DNA of 64,000 nucleotides, taken from a virus. Location: the IMG/VR virus record IMGVR_UViG_3300020451_002162, positions 1 to 64,000 of that record, one strand, 5' to 3'. Below the pieces are notes generated by a model, which was not told where the DNA came from, searched no databases, and saw only the letters and a list, made by a program, of their open reading frames with translations. Shown piece by piece: positions 46,531 to 55,248 of the stretch (within the stretch, counting starts at the first letter, position 1; every line of letters begins with the position of its first letter). A program made the translations under genes and the position numbers.

Positions 46531-46992
46531 ATGAGACCTAACTGGACAGATTATTTTTTAGGATTAGCAAAAGTTGTTTCTCAACGTAGTCACGACATAC
46601 ATACACAACATGGTTGTATTATTACAGATAGAGATAATCTTATTTTAGGTACTGGCTATAATGGTTTTCCTAGAAATATCGACGATACAATACTTCCAAC
46701 ATCTCGTCCAGAAAAATATGCTTGGATGATTCATGCTGAACGAAACGCACTATCTAGTTGTACTCACAAACCTACTAATGGTATCGCCTATGTCACAGGA
46801 CAATGCTGTAATGATTGCATCATGTCTTTATGGCAAGCTGGTGTTTCTAAGGTTGTTATGGCCAACAGCCACGGAACTAAATTATTTGATAAACAAGCAC
46901 AAAAAAGATTTGATCTATTTGTGGAATTAACAGGAATAGAAATCGTAAGACATACACCAAATTTTTCATGGATTCAAGAAATAGATTTTTAA
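46531..46992 (+). CDS. dCMP deaminase (ComEB family)
   Basis: RSHD, TGYNG, HAERNA, CCNDC zinc motif. Confidence 0.9.
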   Translation: MRPNWTDYFLGLAKVVSQRSHDIHTQHGCIITDRDNLILGTGYNGFPRNIDDTILPTSRPEKYAWMIHAERNALSSCTHKPTNGIAYVTGQCCNDCIMSLWQAGVSKVVMANSHGTKLFDKQAQKRFDLFVELTGIEIVRHTPNFSWIQEIDF

Positions 46993-47018
46993 AATCAAAA
47001 TCAAGAGTAAAAATTTGT

Positions 47019-47040
47019 GGTGTATTATAAAAATAACAAC
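47019..47040 (+). promoter_or_regulatory. GGTGTAT motif upstream of nrdJ
   Basis: GGTGTATTATAAAAA in a 153 nt intergenic gap. Confidence 0.45.
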
Positions 47041-47145
47041 GTAATCAAATGGCCTTGCATACTCTAACCAATGATTTATCATAAATTATGAAAAAATCAA
47101 TTCTTTCCATATAGGCCAATTCTTTTTAATTTTATAGGAGCTAGG

Positions 47146-49344
47146 ATGTCGGCATTAAATGAACTTCAAAATTATACTTTTGTGAGCAAGTACGCCCGTT
47201 GGATTGAATCTGAAAACAGAAGAGAAACTTGGAAAGAAGCAGTAGATCGTGTTAGAAATATGATGCATACATATTATGCTGATAAAAACATGTCAGAAGA
47301 TATCGATTGGGCATACGATATCATGTTTAAAAAGAAAGTTTTAGGAAGTCAAAGAGCTTTGCAATTTGGTGGAGAGCCGATCTTAAAAAGACATGCTAAA
47401 ATTTATAACTGCACTAGTTCTTATTGTGACAGATTAAGATTCTTTCAAGAATGTTTCTGGTTGCTATTGTGTGGTAGTGGTACAGGATTTAGTGTACAAA
47501 AACATCACGTAGCTAAATTGCCTAATTTGTCTCATAATAAAAAAGACAAAAGGAAAGGTGTAAAATATAAAATAGAAGATAGTATTGAAGGATGGTCGGA
47601 TGCTTTGGGTGTTCTACTAAGTTCCTATTTTACTAAGGCTGCTGAAGATAAGTTTAAACAATACAAAGATCAGTATATTGTTTTTGACTATAGCAATATT
47701 AGAGAAAAGGGATCGCAACTATCTTCTGGTGTGGGCAAGGCGCCCGGTTTTGAGCCCTTGCAAAACGGTTTGGAAAAAATTAGAGAAGTATTGGAGACAT
47801 GCATTGAAAACAAACAGAAAAAACTCAGACCAATTGATGCTTATGATATTATTATGCACTCAAGCGATGCTGTATTATCTGGTGGTGTTCGCAGAAGTGC
47901 GTCGTTAGCATTATTTAGTGCAGACGATGAAGAGATGGCTAAAGCTAAAACCGGTAATTGGTATGTAGATAATCCTCAAAGAGCCAGAAGCAATAATTCT
48001 GCATTACTCCTAAAAGACGATACATCTTATGAGCAGTTTGCTTTATTGATGGAATCTGTTAAAGAGTTTGGTGAACCTGGATTCATTTGGAGTGATTCCA
48101 CAGAAATGACATTTAATCCTTGTGTTGAAGTAGGTATGTGGCCTGTTGATGAAAAAACAGGAAAGTCTGGTTGGCAAGGATGTAATCTCTCTACAATCAA
48201 TTGCTCTTCTGTTGTCGATGAAGAAGATTTCTATGAAAGATGTAAAGCTGCTGCTATCATTGGTAGTTTACAAGCTGGTTTTACTGGTTTGGATTATTTA
48301 GGAGAGACTAGTAAGGCAATATTTGATAGAGAGGCTTTGCTTGGAGTTTCTTTAACTGGTATCATGGAGAAGCATGAATTAGTACTTACAGAGAAGGTCT
48401 TAAAGAAAGGCGCAAAAATTGCTGTAGACACCAACAAAGAAATCGCCAAAAAGATTTCTATTAATCAGGCAGCCAGAGTAACTTGCTTAAAACCAGAAGG
48501 TACTTCAAGTTCCATGCTAGGTACATCATCTGGCATCCATCCACATCATGCTAAAAGATATATTAGACATGTTCAAGCAAACATCTTAGAGCCACCTTAC
48601 CAATATTTTAAAAGCTATAATCCTCAAGCGTGTGAAAAGTCTTCTTGGTCTGCCAATGATACAGACGAAGTTGTTAAATTCCCTATTGAGGTTCCCGATG
48701 GATCTAAACTTAAAAACCAACTACCCGCTATAGAAATGCTTGGCGTAGTAAAAGATGCTCAAAAAAACTGGGTTCATTCTGGGAAAAACAGATCATTATG
48801 TACTCAAGATTTTCTTAGTCATAATGTTAGCAATACTGTAACTGTACAGCCAGATGAATGGGAAAGTGTCACAAAATTTATATATAATAATAGAAAGTTT
48901 TTTGCCGGGATTAGTCTAATCCCACAGAGCGGAGACAAAGACTATCCTCAGGCTCCTTTTACTACAGTATATACTAGTAGAGAAATTGTCAAAGAATATG
49001 GAGATGCTGGGTTGTGGTGTTCAGGTTTGATTGAGTTGGGACTAAATGCTTTTGATAATAATTTATGGGCAGCATGTGATTATATTACATTAAACCAATT
49101 AACAGACAAAGATGCTGAAGATAAAAAATTATTTGCAATCAAAATGCATAGATTCGCTAAAAAATATTTTGAAGGAGACTTTAAGAGACTAACATATTGT
49201 ATGAAAGATGTATATAATTGGAAAATTTATACTGATTTATACGAGAGTTTTAGTAAAGTGGATTATACACAACTATTAGAAACAGAGGATAATACCGTAG
49301 GAATAGAGGAAATCAGTTGTGCAGGTGGTGCATGTCTTATTTGA
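47146..49344 (+). CDS. nrdJ: class II (adenosylcobalamin-dependent) ribonucleotide reductase
   Basis: YNC, GSGTGFSV, GGVRRSA, SNNS, NPCVE, CNL, KPEGT, C-terminal CAGGAC. Confidence 0.9.
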   Translation: MSALNELQNYTFVSKYARWIESENRRETWKEAVDRVRNMMHTYYADKNMSEDIDWAYDIMFKKKVLGSQRALQFGGEPILKRHAKIYNCTSSYCDRLRFFQECFWLLLCGSGTGFSVQKHHVAKLPNLSHNKKDKRKGVKYKIEDSIEGWSDALGVLLSSYFTKAAEDKFKQYKDQYIVFDYSNIREKGSQLSSGVGKAPGFEPLQNGLEKIREVLETCIENKQKKLRPIDAYDIIMHSSDAVLSGGVRRSASLALFSADDEEMAKAKTGNWYVDNPQRARSNNSALLLKDDTSYEQFALLMESVKEFGEPGFIWSDSTEMTFNPCVEVGMWPVDEKTGKSGWQGCNLSTINCSSVVDEEDFYERCKAAAIIGSLQAGFTGLDYLGETSKAIFDREALLGVSLTGIMEKHELVLTEKVLKKGAKIAVDTNKEIAKKISINQAARVTCLKPEGTSSSMLGTSSGIHPHHAKRYIRHVQANILEPPYQYFKSYNPQACEKSSWSANDTDEVVKFPIEVPDGSKLKNQLPAIEMLGVVKDAQKNWVHSGKNRSLCTQDFLSHNVSNTVTVQPDEWESVTKFIYNNRKFFAGISLIPQSGDKDYPQAPFTTVYTSREIVKEYGDAGLWCSGLIELGLNAFDNNLWAACDYITLNQLTDKDAEDKKLFAIKMHRFAKKYFEGDFKRLTYCMKDVYNWKIYTDLYESFSKVDYTQLLETEDNTVGIEEISCAGGACLI

Positions 49345-49368
49345 TTTCATTCCTAGAAGGGTACAACT

Positions 49369-50100
49369 TTGAGAAAAAAACAAAAGAATGGAACTCGTAA
49401 AGGGTCCATAAAGCTAGATAGCAATAAAATTAATCCAGAAGAAATTGTTGTAGGATTTAAGAATAGATTAAAACCTAGAACGATTAATCAAAAAAACTAC
49501 ATTAGAACCGTAGCAGAAAATACTATTACTTTCTGTCAAGGTGTTCCGGGTAGTGGTAAAACCCATATAGCTATAGGTATGGCCCTAGAATATCTCATAG
49601 ATGACAAGGTCGAAAAGATTGTAATCACAAGACCTGTTGTAGAAGCTGGAGAAAGACTTGGCTTTTTACCTGGATCAGCAGAGGATAAGTTGCATCCGTA
49701 TCTTTTACCTCTGTTCGATGAAATTAATTACTTTTTACACATGCAACATTATGCCAAACTAAAAGTAGGTAAAAGAATAGAAGTAGTTCCTTTGGGGCTA
49801 ATGAGAGGTAGAAGTTTCCATAATGCCTTTATAGTTGCCGATGAGTGTCAGAATGCCTCATACGATCAACTAAAAATGTTATTGACTAGAATAGGTATGG
49901 ACAGCAAGATGATCCTAACAGGAGATGTCGCGCAATCAGATTTACAATTTGACAGACAGGGAGGCTTTCTGAGATTAATGCAGGTATTAGATGGAGTTGA
50001 TGGTCTTGGTGTTGCTGAGTTAGAATCTACAGACATCGTAAGAAACGAAATCATATCTCGCGTTATATGTCGCTTAGATGAATATGAGAATAGATCATAA
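49369..50100 (+). CDS. phoH: PhoH family ATPase
   Basis: GVPGSGKT, ITRPVVE, GFLPG, RGRSF, DECQN, LTRIG, GDVAQSD. Confidence 0.95.
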   Translation: MRKKQKNGTRKGSIKLDSNKINPEEIVVGFKNRLKPRTINQKNYIRTVAENTITFCQGVPGSGKTHIAIGMALEYLIDDKVEKIVITRPVVEAGERLGFLPGSAEDKLHPYLLPLFDEINYFLHMQHYAKLKVGKRIEVVPLGLMRGRSFHNAFIVADECQNASYDQLKMLLTRIGMDSKMILTGDVAQSDLQFDRQGGFLRLMQVLDGVDGLGVAELESTDIVRNEIISRVICRLDEYENRS

Positions 50101-50653
50101 ACCGTGTTTGGTTCTTAACGCAGATTACAGTCCTGTCGCTATAGTAGAATGGCAAAGAGCTATAATTTGGTCTTATAGATTGAATCATAGTACAGGAGGT
50201 TTGTCTATGGATATAATAGAATATTATAAAACAGATTTCATTAAAGGATCTAGTAATCAAACACCCCTACCTGCTGTAATCAAAATTAGAAATTATTTAA
50301 AGCTCCATAAACATTCTGTAAATTTTTCTAGAAAAAATTTATTTATTAGAGATAATTATACTTGTCAGTATTGTAATAAAAGATGTTCTCAGCAAGAATT
50401 AACATACGATCATGTAATTCCAAAATCTCAATGGCCTTTTAGGGACAAATCTCCTACTACTTGGACGAATATAGTTACGGCTTGTACTAAGTGTAATCTT
50501 AAAAAAAGCAATAAAACCCCACAACAAGCTCAAATGCAATTACAAAACAAACCGATTAGACCATTTAGTAATTATAAATACTTGCATGTAACCTCTAGAC
50601 TATCTATTATGAAAGATAAGATACCAGAAGAGTGGAAAATTTATACAGGATAA
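50078..50653 (+). CDS. HNH endonuclease (McrA-like)
   Basis: LVLNADY.P, RDNYTCQYC, TYDHVIP, NIVTACTKCN.KK. Confidence 0.9.
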   Translation: MNMRIDHKPCLVLNADYSPVAIVEWQRAIIWSYRLNHSTGGLSMDIIEYYKTDFIKGSSNQTPLPAVIKIRNYLKLHKHSVNFSRKNLFIRDNYTCQYCNKRCSQQELTYDHVIPKSQWPFRDKSPTTWTNIVTACTKCNLKKSNKTPQQAQMQLQNKPIRPFSNYKYLHVTSRLSIMKDKIPEEWKIYTG

Positions 50654-50657
50654 TCGA

Positions 50658-51080
50658 ATGAGAATTGATCAAAACGAGTTTATCTCAAATAACTCTAAGA
50701 ATGAGCAAAAAACAGAACGTTTGTATTGTGCTGTGGGTTTCGAAGATTTTGTCGATGAGCATGGCTTTCCTAGACTTAAACTAGAAACAGAAGACCTATG
50801 CGCTAAAGCCCTACCCGATAAGCCAACTAAGCATTTTGGAGATAAAAGAGGTAGCGATTATAGGTATTACATAAGAATGGATGCGGATCAAGAACTTTTT
50901 AATCCAATACAGATACTATCTACAGTTAAAGATAAAAAGAACAATCACTTTATAAACTCTGTATGCAAAAGCACAAAAGCCTTCAAAGAAGTATCTCCTT
51001 CTATATTTAATAAATATATCAAGTATTTAAAATCAAAAGATTTAAGATGGTTAAAAGAAGCTCAAAGAGACTTAGTATAA
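50658..51080 (+). CDS. hypothetical protein, paralog of 51779-52126
   Basis: YYIRMD..LFNP..F...VCKS...VS...F..Y..YLK.K...WL..A.R. Confidence 0.7.
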   Translation: MRIDQNEFISNNSKNEQKTERLYCAVGFEDFVDEHGFPRLKLETEDLCAKALPDKPTKHFGDKRGSDYRYYIRMDADQELFNPIQILSTVKDKKNNHFINSVCKSTKAFKEVSPSIFNKYIKYLKSKDLRWLKEAQRDLV

Positions 51081-51424
51081 TGCCAGAATATACATTTATT
51101 TGCGATGATTGTGGGGAGATATTTAGCATAGTCTCTTCTATTTCTGAATATACAGATAAACAGCTATGCACATTATGTAAGTCAGAAAATACCAATAGAT
51201 ATTATCAACACGACTTAGCTAATATGACAGGTTCTGTAGTAAAAGCAGACTCTGAACTTAAAACAATAGGAGATTTAGCTAATAGAAATCGTGATAAGAT
51301 GACGGAAGACCATAAGCAGGCATTATTTAAGAAACACAATGACTACAGAGAAAATCCTCCAGAAATGCCGTTGCCTAAAAATATGAAAAGAATCAAGAAA
51401 ACAAAAGGAATAAAATGGACATGA
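51080..51424 (+). CDS. FmdB-family zinc-ribbon protein
   Basis: MPEYTFICDDCG..F...CTLCKS. Confidence 0.8.
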   Translation: MPEYTFICDDCGEIFSIVSSISEYTDKQLCTLCKSENTNRYYQHDLANMTGSVVKADSELKTIGDLANRNRDKMTEDHKQALFKKHNDYRENPPEMPLPKNMKRIKKTKGIKWT

Positions 51425-51786
51425 ATCCGTCAGATAAAAATAAACAAAGATCTATATCTGATATTTTGGGTGAAACAGATTTACCCAAAGAAATTGTCGA
51501 CACTATAGGCACAGCTTATGCTCAAAATGGTTTCTCGGATTTAGTCGATACTCAAAAAGACAAAAAAATAGACTGTCCTAGAGAGATCGTTTTTAAGATA
51601 GAAGGAACAGTACTTAATCAAGATGATAAAGGAGAAGTTATAGCTACTGAATTCATTTTTGATCAATCTTATCACATTCCTGTCCCTACTGGCATCGACT
51701 ACAAAAGCTCTATGAATACATTTTTAAATCACTTCACGGGTTGTCTGGAACAAACATCTAAAGAATTATGGAAAAATCATGTCTGA
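51415..51786 (+). CDS. hypothetical protein
   Basis: Coupled ORF. Confidence 0.6.
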   Translation: MDMNPSDKNKQRSISDILGETDLPKEIVDTIGTAYAQNGFSDLVDTQKDKKIDCPREIVFKIEGTVLNQDDKGEVIATEFIFDQSYHIPVPTGIDYKSSMNTFLNHFTGCLEQTSKELWKNHV

Positions 51787-52126
51787 TAATATTTATTATA
51801 CTCAACTAAATATGGGCCAAGAAGATAATCAAGGTAATTTTATTATTCAAGACGATGGACCAGAGGCCTATGCCAAAATCATTAAAACACAAGGTTCTGT
51901 GAAATATATGGTTAGAATTGATCCTTCTCATAAGTTAATGAATCCTTTTGGTTATGACAATCAAACAGAATTTAGTGGACATAAAAATTTTGTAGACCAT
52001 ACTTGTAAATCATCCAAACACAATAAATATACTAGAGTAAGTAACAAGTGTTTTAATTACTATTTATCTTTTTTAAAGACAAAAAATTTAGCATGGCTTG
52101 TCAATGCTGAAAGGGAAAACAACTAA
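51779..52126 (+). CDS. hypothetical protein, paralog of 50658-51080
   Basis: YMVRID..LMNP..F...TCKS...VS...F..Y..FLK.K...WL..A.R. Confidence 0.7.
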   Translation: MSDNIYYTQLNMGQEDNQGNFIIQDDGPEAYAKIIKTQGSVKYMVRIDPSHKLMNPFGYDNQTEFSGHKNFVDHTCKSSKHNKYTRVSNKCFNYYLSFLKTKNLAWLVNAERENN

Positions 52127-52500
52127 TGAATAATAATCTAATTAAGAGATATGCTGTTTTGTGGTTAAATTCTCAGGGCAATGATCTCGATAACATTTCA
52201 GAATCTTTAGATATGTCTAAAGCTAGCATTAAAAGAATTGTAAAGCTGTATGCCGATACTGCACCACAAAAACAAGAAGAAACAGAAGAAACAGAAGAAA
52301 AATCTAGTACTACTACAACATCTAGCAGACAAACCGCTAAAGATTTTATGATAAATCAAACATCAGGTAAAGGGTCTTCTGGAGTTACTATTATGACTAA
52401 AACGGCTTCAGAGAGAAACGATGCCTCTAAGAAAAACTCTCACAATAACAAAGAGTCAAAATTTTCTAATTGTATATACAAGTTGGACGAAAACAAATAG
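52126..52500 (+). CDS. hypothetical protein with N-terminal HTH-like segment
   Basis: QGNDLDNISESLDMSKASIKRIV; GVTIMT..S motif. Confidence 0.55.
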   Translation: MNNNLIKRYAVLWLNSQGNDLDNISESLDMSKASIKRIVKLYADTAPQKQEETEETEEKSSTTTTSSRQTAKDFMINQTSGKGSSGVTIMTKTASERNDASKKNSHNNKESKFSNCIYKLDENK

Positions 52501-52509
52501 TACTATAGT

Positions 52510-52944
52510 ATGGAATATATCTCTAAATACTCTAATGATAAAAGGGTATCTGCTGCTCAGTATATCACAGAGATTATATGTGAACACAAAGCCAAAAAAG
52601 AAAGAAAAGACTTACATTTTCGATTTTGGCAAACCAGCAAGTACTGGGAAAAGTATTATAGAAGTCAAATAGCCACGGCAAATAAATTATTAAAAACATA
52701 TAATCCTCAAGCAATAATATCTGCACTAAATGATAGGAAGTCTGTAAGAATTTTTTCGTTGAGGGCTCCTCACTTAGAAGCTATTATAGAACATCATCAG
52801 CATTTATTTGATAATAACAGTTCGAAACCACAGACAGAAATAGAAAGAGTTGACCCCGGTAAACTAAAGTCAAGAAAAGAATACAAACCCTATAAAAAAA
52901 GTATAATGGATATTTTAGATGATCAAGGAAAAGAAAATGGCTAA
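52510..52944 (+). CDS. hypothetical protein
   Basis: Co-oriented ORF preceding recA. Confidence 0.6.
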   Translation: MEYISKYSNDKRVSAAQYITEIICEHKAKKERKDLHFRFWQTSKYWEKYYRSQIATANKLLKTYNPQAIISALNDRKSVRIFSLRAPHLEAIIEHHQHLFDNNSSKPQTEIERVDPGKLKSRKEYKPYKKSIMDILDDQGKENG

Positions 52945-53956
52945 ATTAAAAGAAGAAGTAACTAAAACTTTTGGTAAAAATATTATTTTATCGGCTAATT
53001 CTATTATAGACAAACCATCAATGGTGGTCCCTATTGGACCCTCATTAGACATTATTTTAAATGGAGGTGTTCCTGAAGGTAGTTTTGTTGTATTAACAGG
53101 ACAGCCCAAATGTGGGAAAACTACAACGTCTTTATCCTTTGCTGCTACTGCTCTTAAACCTGAATATCAAGGAGATCTACCTTCTCCCAGAAAAGCGTAC
53201 TACCTAAACATCGAGGGTAGGTTGAAAAAGAGAGATTTAGAAGGAATACCGGAATTAGATTTGGACAGATTTGATGTGATAGGTTCTCAACAGGGTAAGA
53301 TTTTGCATGCAGAAGAGTATCTACAAATTGCAGAAAAAATAATCAATCAAGAACCAGGTAGTATATTAATTATCGATTCTTATTCAGCCTTATGCACAGA
53401 AGCTGAAATTACATCAGATATGAATAAAATGCAAAGAGCAGATGGAGCTAAACTCTTAGCTAAGTTTTGTAGAAAAGTTGCCAATGTTATTCCCGTTAAT
53501 AAAAATTTGGTTATTGGTATTACACACCTTATGGGAAATCCAACAGGTTATGGTGCAGAATTTAAAGAGAAGAGTGGTCAGGCAGTAGCGTATCAAACGG
53601 ATATTAAACTGAGAGCGAAAACGTTTTCACCTTGGCTACTAAATAAAGATACCAATTCTCAAATAGGACAAGAAGTAACGTGGCAAGTCGTCACTTCTGC
53701 ACTAGGTCCTCCGGGAGGATCTATCACCAGCTATTTAAGATATGGACAAGGCATAGATAAAGAAATGGAAGTAGTCAATCTAGCTATAGATTTAGGTCTT
53801 ATTCAAAAAGCTGGTGCATGGTATACTCTAAGTTTTGTTGAGGAGAAAGAAAAACCCAAAGCTCAAGGGGCAGAAAAAGTTAGACAATATATAGTAGATA
53901 ATCCTGGATGCTACGATAAGCTTTATGCTGCGATTAAAGAGACTATGGGTATTTAG
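52937..53956 (+). CDS. recA: RecA/UvsX-like recombinase
   Basis: LDIILNGGVPEG, GQPKCGKTT, IIDS, SGQA, GID, IQKAGAWY. Confidence 0.9.
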   Translation: MAKLKEEVTKTFGKNIILSANSIIDKPSMVVPIGPSLDIILNGGVPEGSFVVLTGQPKCGKTTTSLSFAATALKPEYQGDLPSPRKAYYLNIEGRLKKRDLEGIPELDLDRFDVIGSQQGKILHAEEYLQIAEKIINQEPGSILIIDSYSALCTEAEITSDMNKMQRADGAKLLAKFCRKVANVIPVNKNLVIGITHLMGNPTGYGAEFKEKSGQAVAYQTDIKLRAKTFSPWLLNKDTNSQIGQEVTWQVVTSALGPPGGSITSYLRYGQGIDKEMEVVNLAIDLGLIQKAGAWYTLSFVEEKEKPKAQGAEKVRQYIVDNPGCYDKLYAAIKETMGI

Positions 53957-53958
53957 TA

Positions 53959-54363
53959 ATGATAGTTATAGATTTGGAAGGGAATTCTACAAATTGGCTA
54001 TTGACAGGCAACAGTTCTCATGCTAGAATGCTTAATAAGTCAAAACTACATTTAAGAGCAAGAGGGCTACTTAAAGAGATTCATCCCACATTACAAGTAT
54101 TAGAAGAAATACCAGTTCATGTTAGGAGAAAAGAGCTTTTATATTTAGATTTTTATATACCGTTAATAAAAACCTGTATAGAAGTTCATGGAGAGCAGCA
54201 TTATAAGTTTATTGGACACTATCATGGAAATAGATTTAATTTCATTAAAGCTAAGCAAAGAGATATGTCGAAAAAAGAATGGTGTGAGTTGAACAACATT
54301 ACACATCTAGAGTTAAAGTTTGATCAAACAGATGAACAGTGGAAAGAAATAATAGAGAACTAA
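53959..54363 (+). CDS. PD-(D/E)xK endonuclease (Vsr/DUF559-like)
   Basis: LDFYIP..CIEVHGEQHY..RD..K..WC..NNI. Confidence 0.75.
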   Translation: MIVIDLEGNSTNWLLTGNSSHARMLNKSKLHLRARGLLKEIHPTLQVLEEIPVHVRRKELLYLDFYIPLIKTCIEVHGEQHYKFIGHYHGNRFNFIKAKQRDMSKKEWCELNNITHLELKFDQTDEQWKEIIEN

Positions 54364-54364
54364 A

Positions 54365-54850
54365 ATGAATACAAAAGAGAAAGTCAAAGAATGGGATGAG
54401 ATTTTAGACTCCTACGAAAACAGTATTGGCTTCCCTAAATATAATGAGTGTCTTATCAACGAAAAAGAACTCAATGAGTACTTTTCGATGGATAGAAATG
54501 TTATTGAAAAATTATCTCCAGAAGACACAGCTCAAATTTCATATAGACTATCACAATTTGCTTTTCATGTACAAAGAACTTTAAATAGAGAAATAGCTAG
54601 ACATAATTGGGCTGAAGAAACTATAAAGGAAACTATAGCAGACGAATTGAACAGCTATAAAGGCTACGGTTATGTAGAAAAATACTATCAAGCAATTAAG
54701 CACAATGAGGCTGCACAATCTTTGAATAAAATTAAAAAATATGCAAAACAGAGAATGGACAGACTTTCTTATACTGCCAACTCTATTAAAAATCTATCAG
54801 ACATCCTTATGGCTATTAATAGGAATAAAAATAAAAATGGACATCAATAA
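54365..54850 (+). CDS. helical hypothetical protein (possible UvsY-like mediator)
   Basis: All-helical, coiled-coil character; position near recA. Confidence 0.45.
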   Translation: MNTKEKVKEWDEILDSYENSIGFPKYNECLINEKELNEYFSMDRNVIEKLSPEDTAQISYRLSQFAFHVQRTLNREIARHNWAEETIKETIADELNSYKGYGYVEKYYQAIKHNEAAQSLNKIKKYAKQRMDRLSYTANSIKNLSDILMAINRNKNKNGHQ

Positions 54851-55247
54851 ATTAAAACAAGACCCAGAAAAAATTCAACAGCTTATAGACTTGTTAGGTT
54901 CTTTGTTGCCCGAAGAACAAGATGAGAAACCCAAAGCAACGAAGAAAAAAGCAGTAAAGAAAAAAACAGCAAAGAAAAAAACAGCTACAAGACGAAATAG
55001 TAAAACGAAAACACAAGAGACTGCAAATAAGTTTCTGGATATGCCAGAAATGAATATGCACAAAGAAGATGGAGAGATAGATAAACAGCTACAAAAATTT
55101 CCTCCAACACCCAGAACAAGACCCACAGCAGAGAATATATCTGTGCAATGTAGAATTTGCGGAAAACAAGAAACTATAAGTCAGGGTTTATTGTTCGAAG
55201 GTTCCAACAGATACAAATGTAATAAATGTTCTACACAGTCAGGTTAA
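54837..55247 (+). CDS. hypothetical protein with Lys-rich tract and zinc ribbon
   Basis: KKKAVKKKTAKKK; CRICG...CNKC. Confidence 0.65.
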   Translation: MDINKLKQDPEKIQQLIDLLGSLLPEEQDEKPKATKKKAVKKKTAKKKTATRRNSKTKTQETANKFLDMPEMNMHKEDGEIDKQLQKFPPTPRTRPTAENISVQCRICGKQETISQGLLFEGSNRYKCNKCSTQSG

Positions 55248-55248
55248 A

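Noticed and set aside
50078-50653. HNH gene as a mobile homing endonuclease or intron marker
   Set aside because: It is the McrA-like stand-alone type, and the flanking genes are not interrupted
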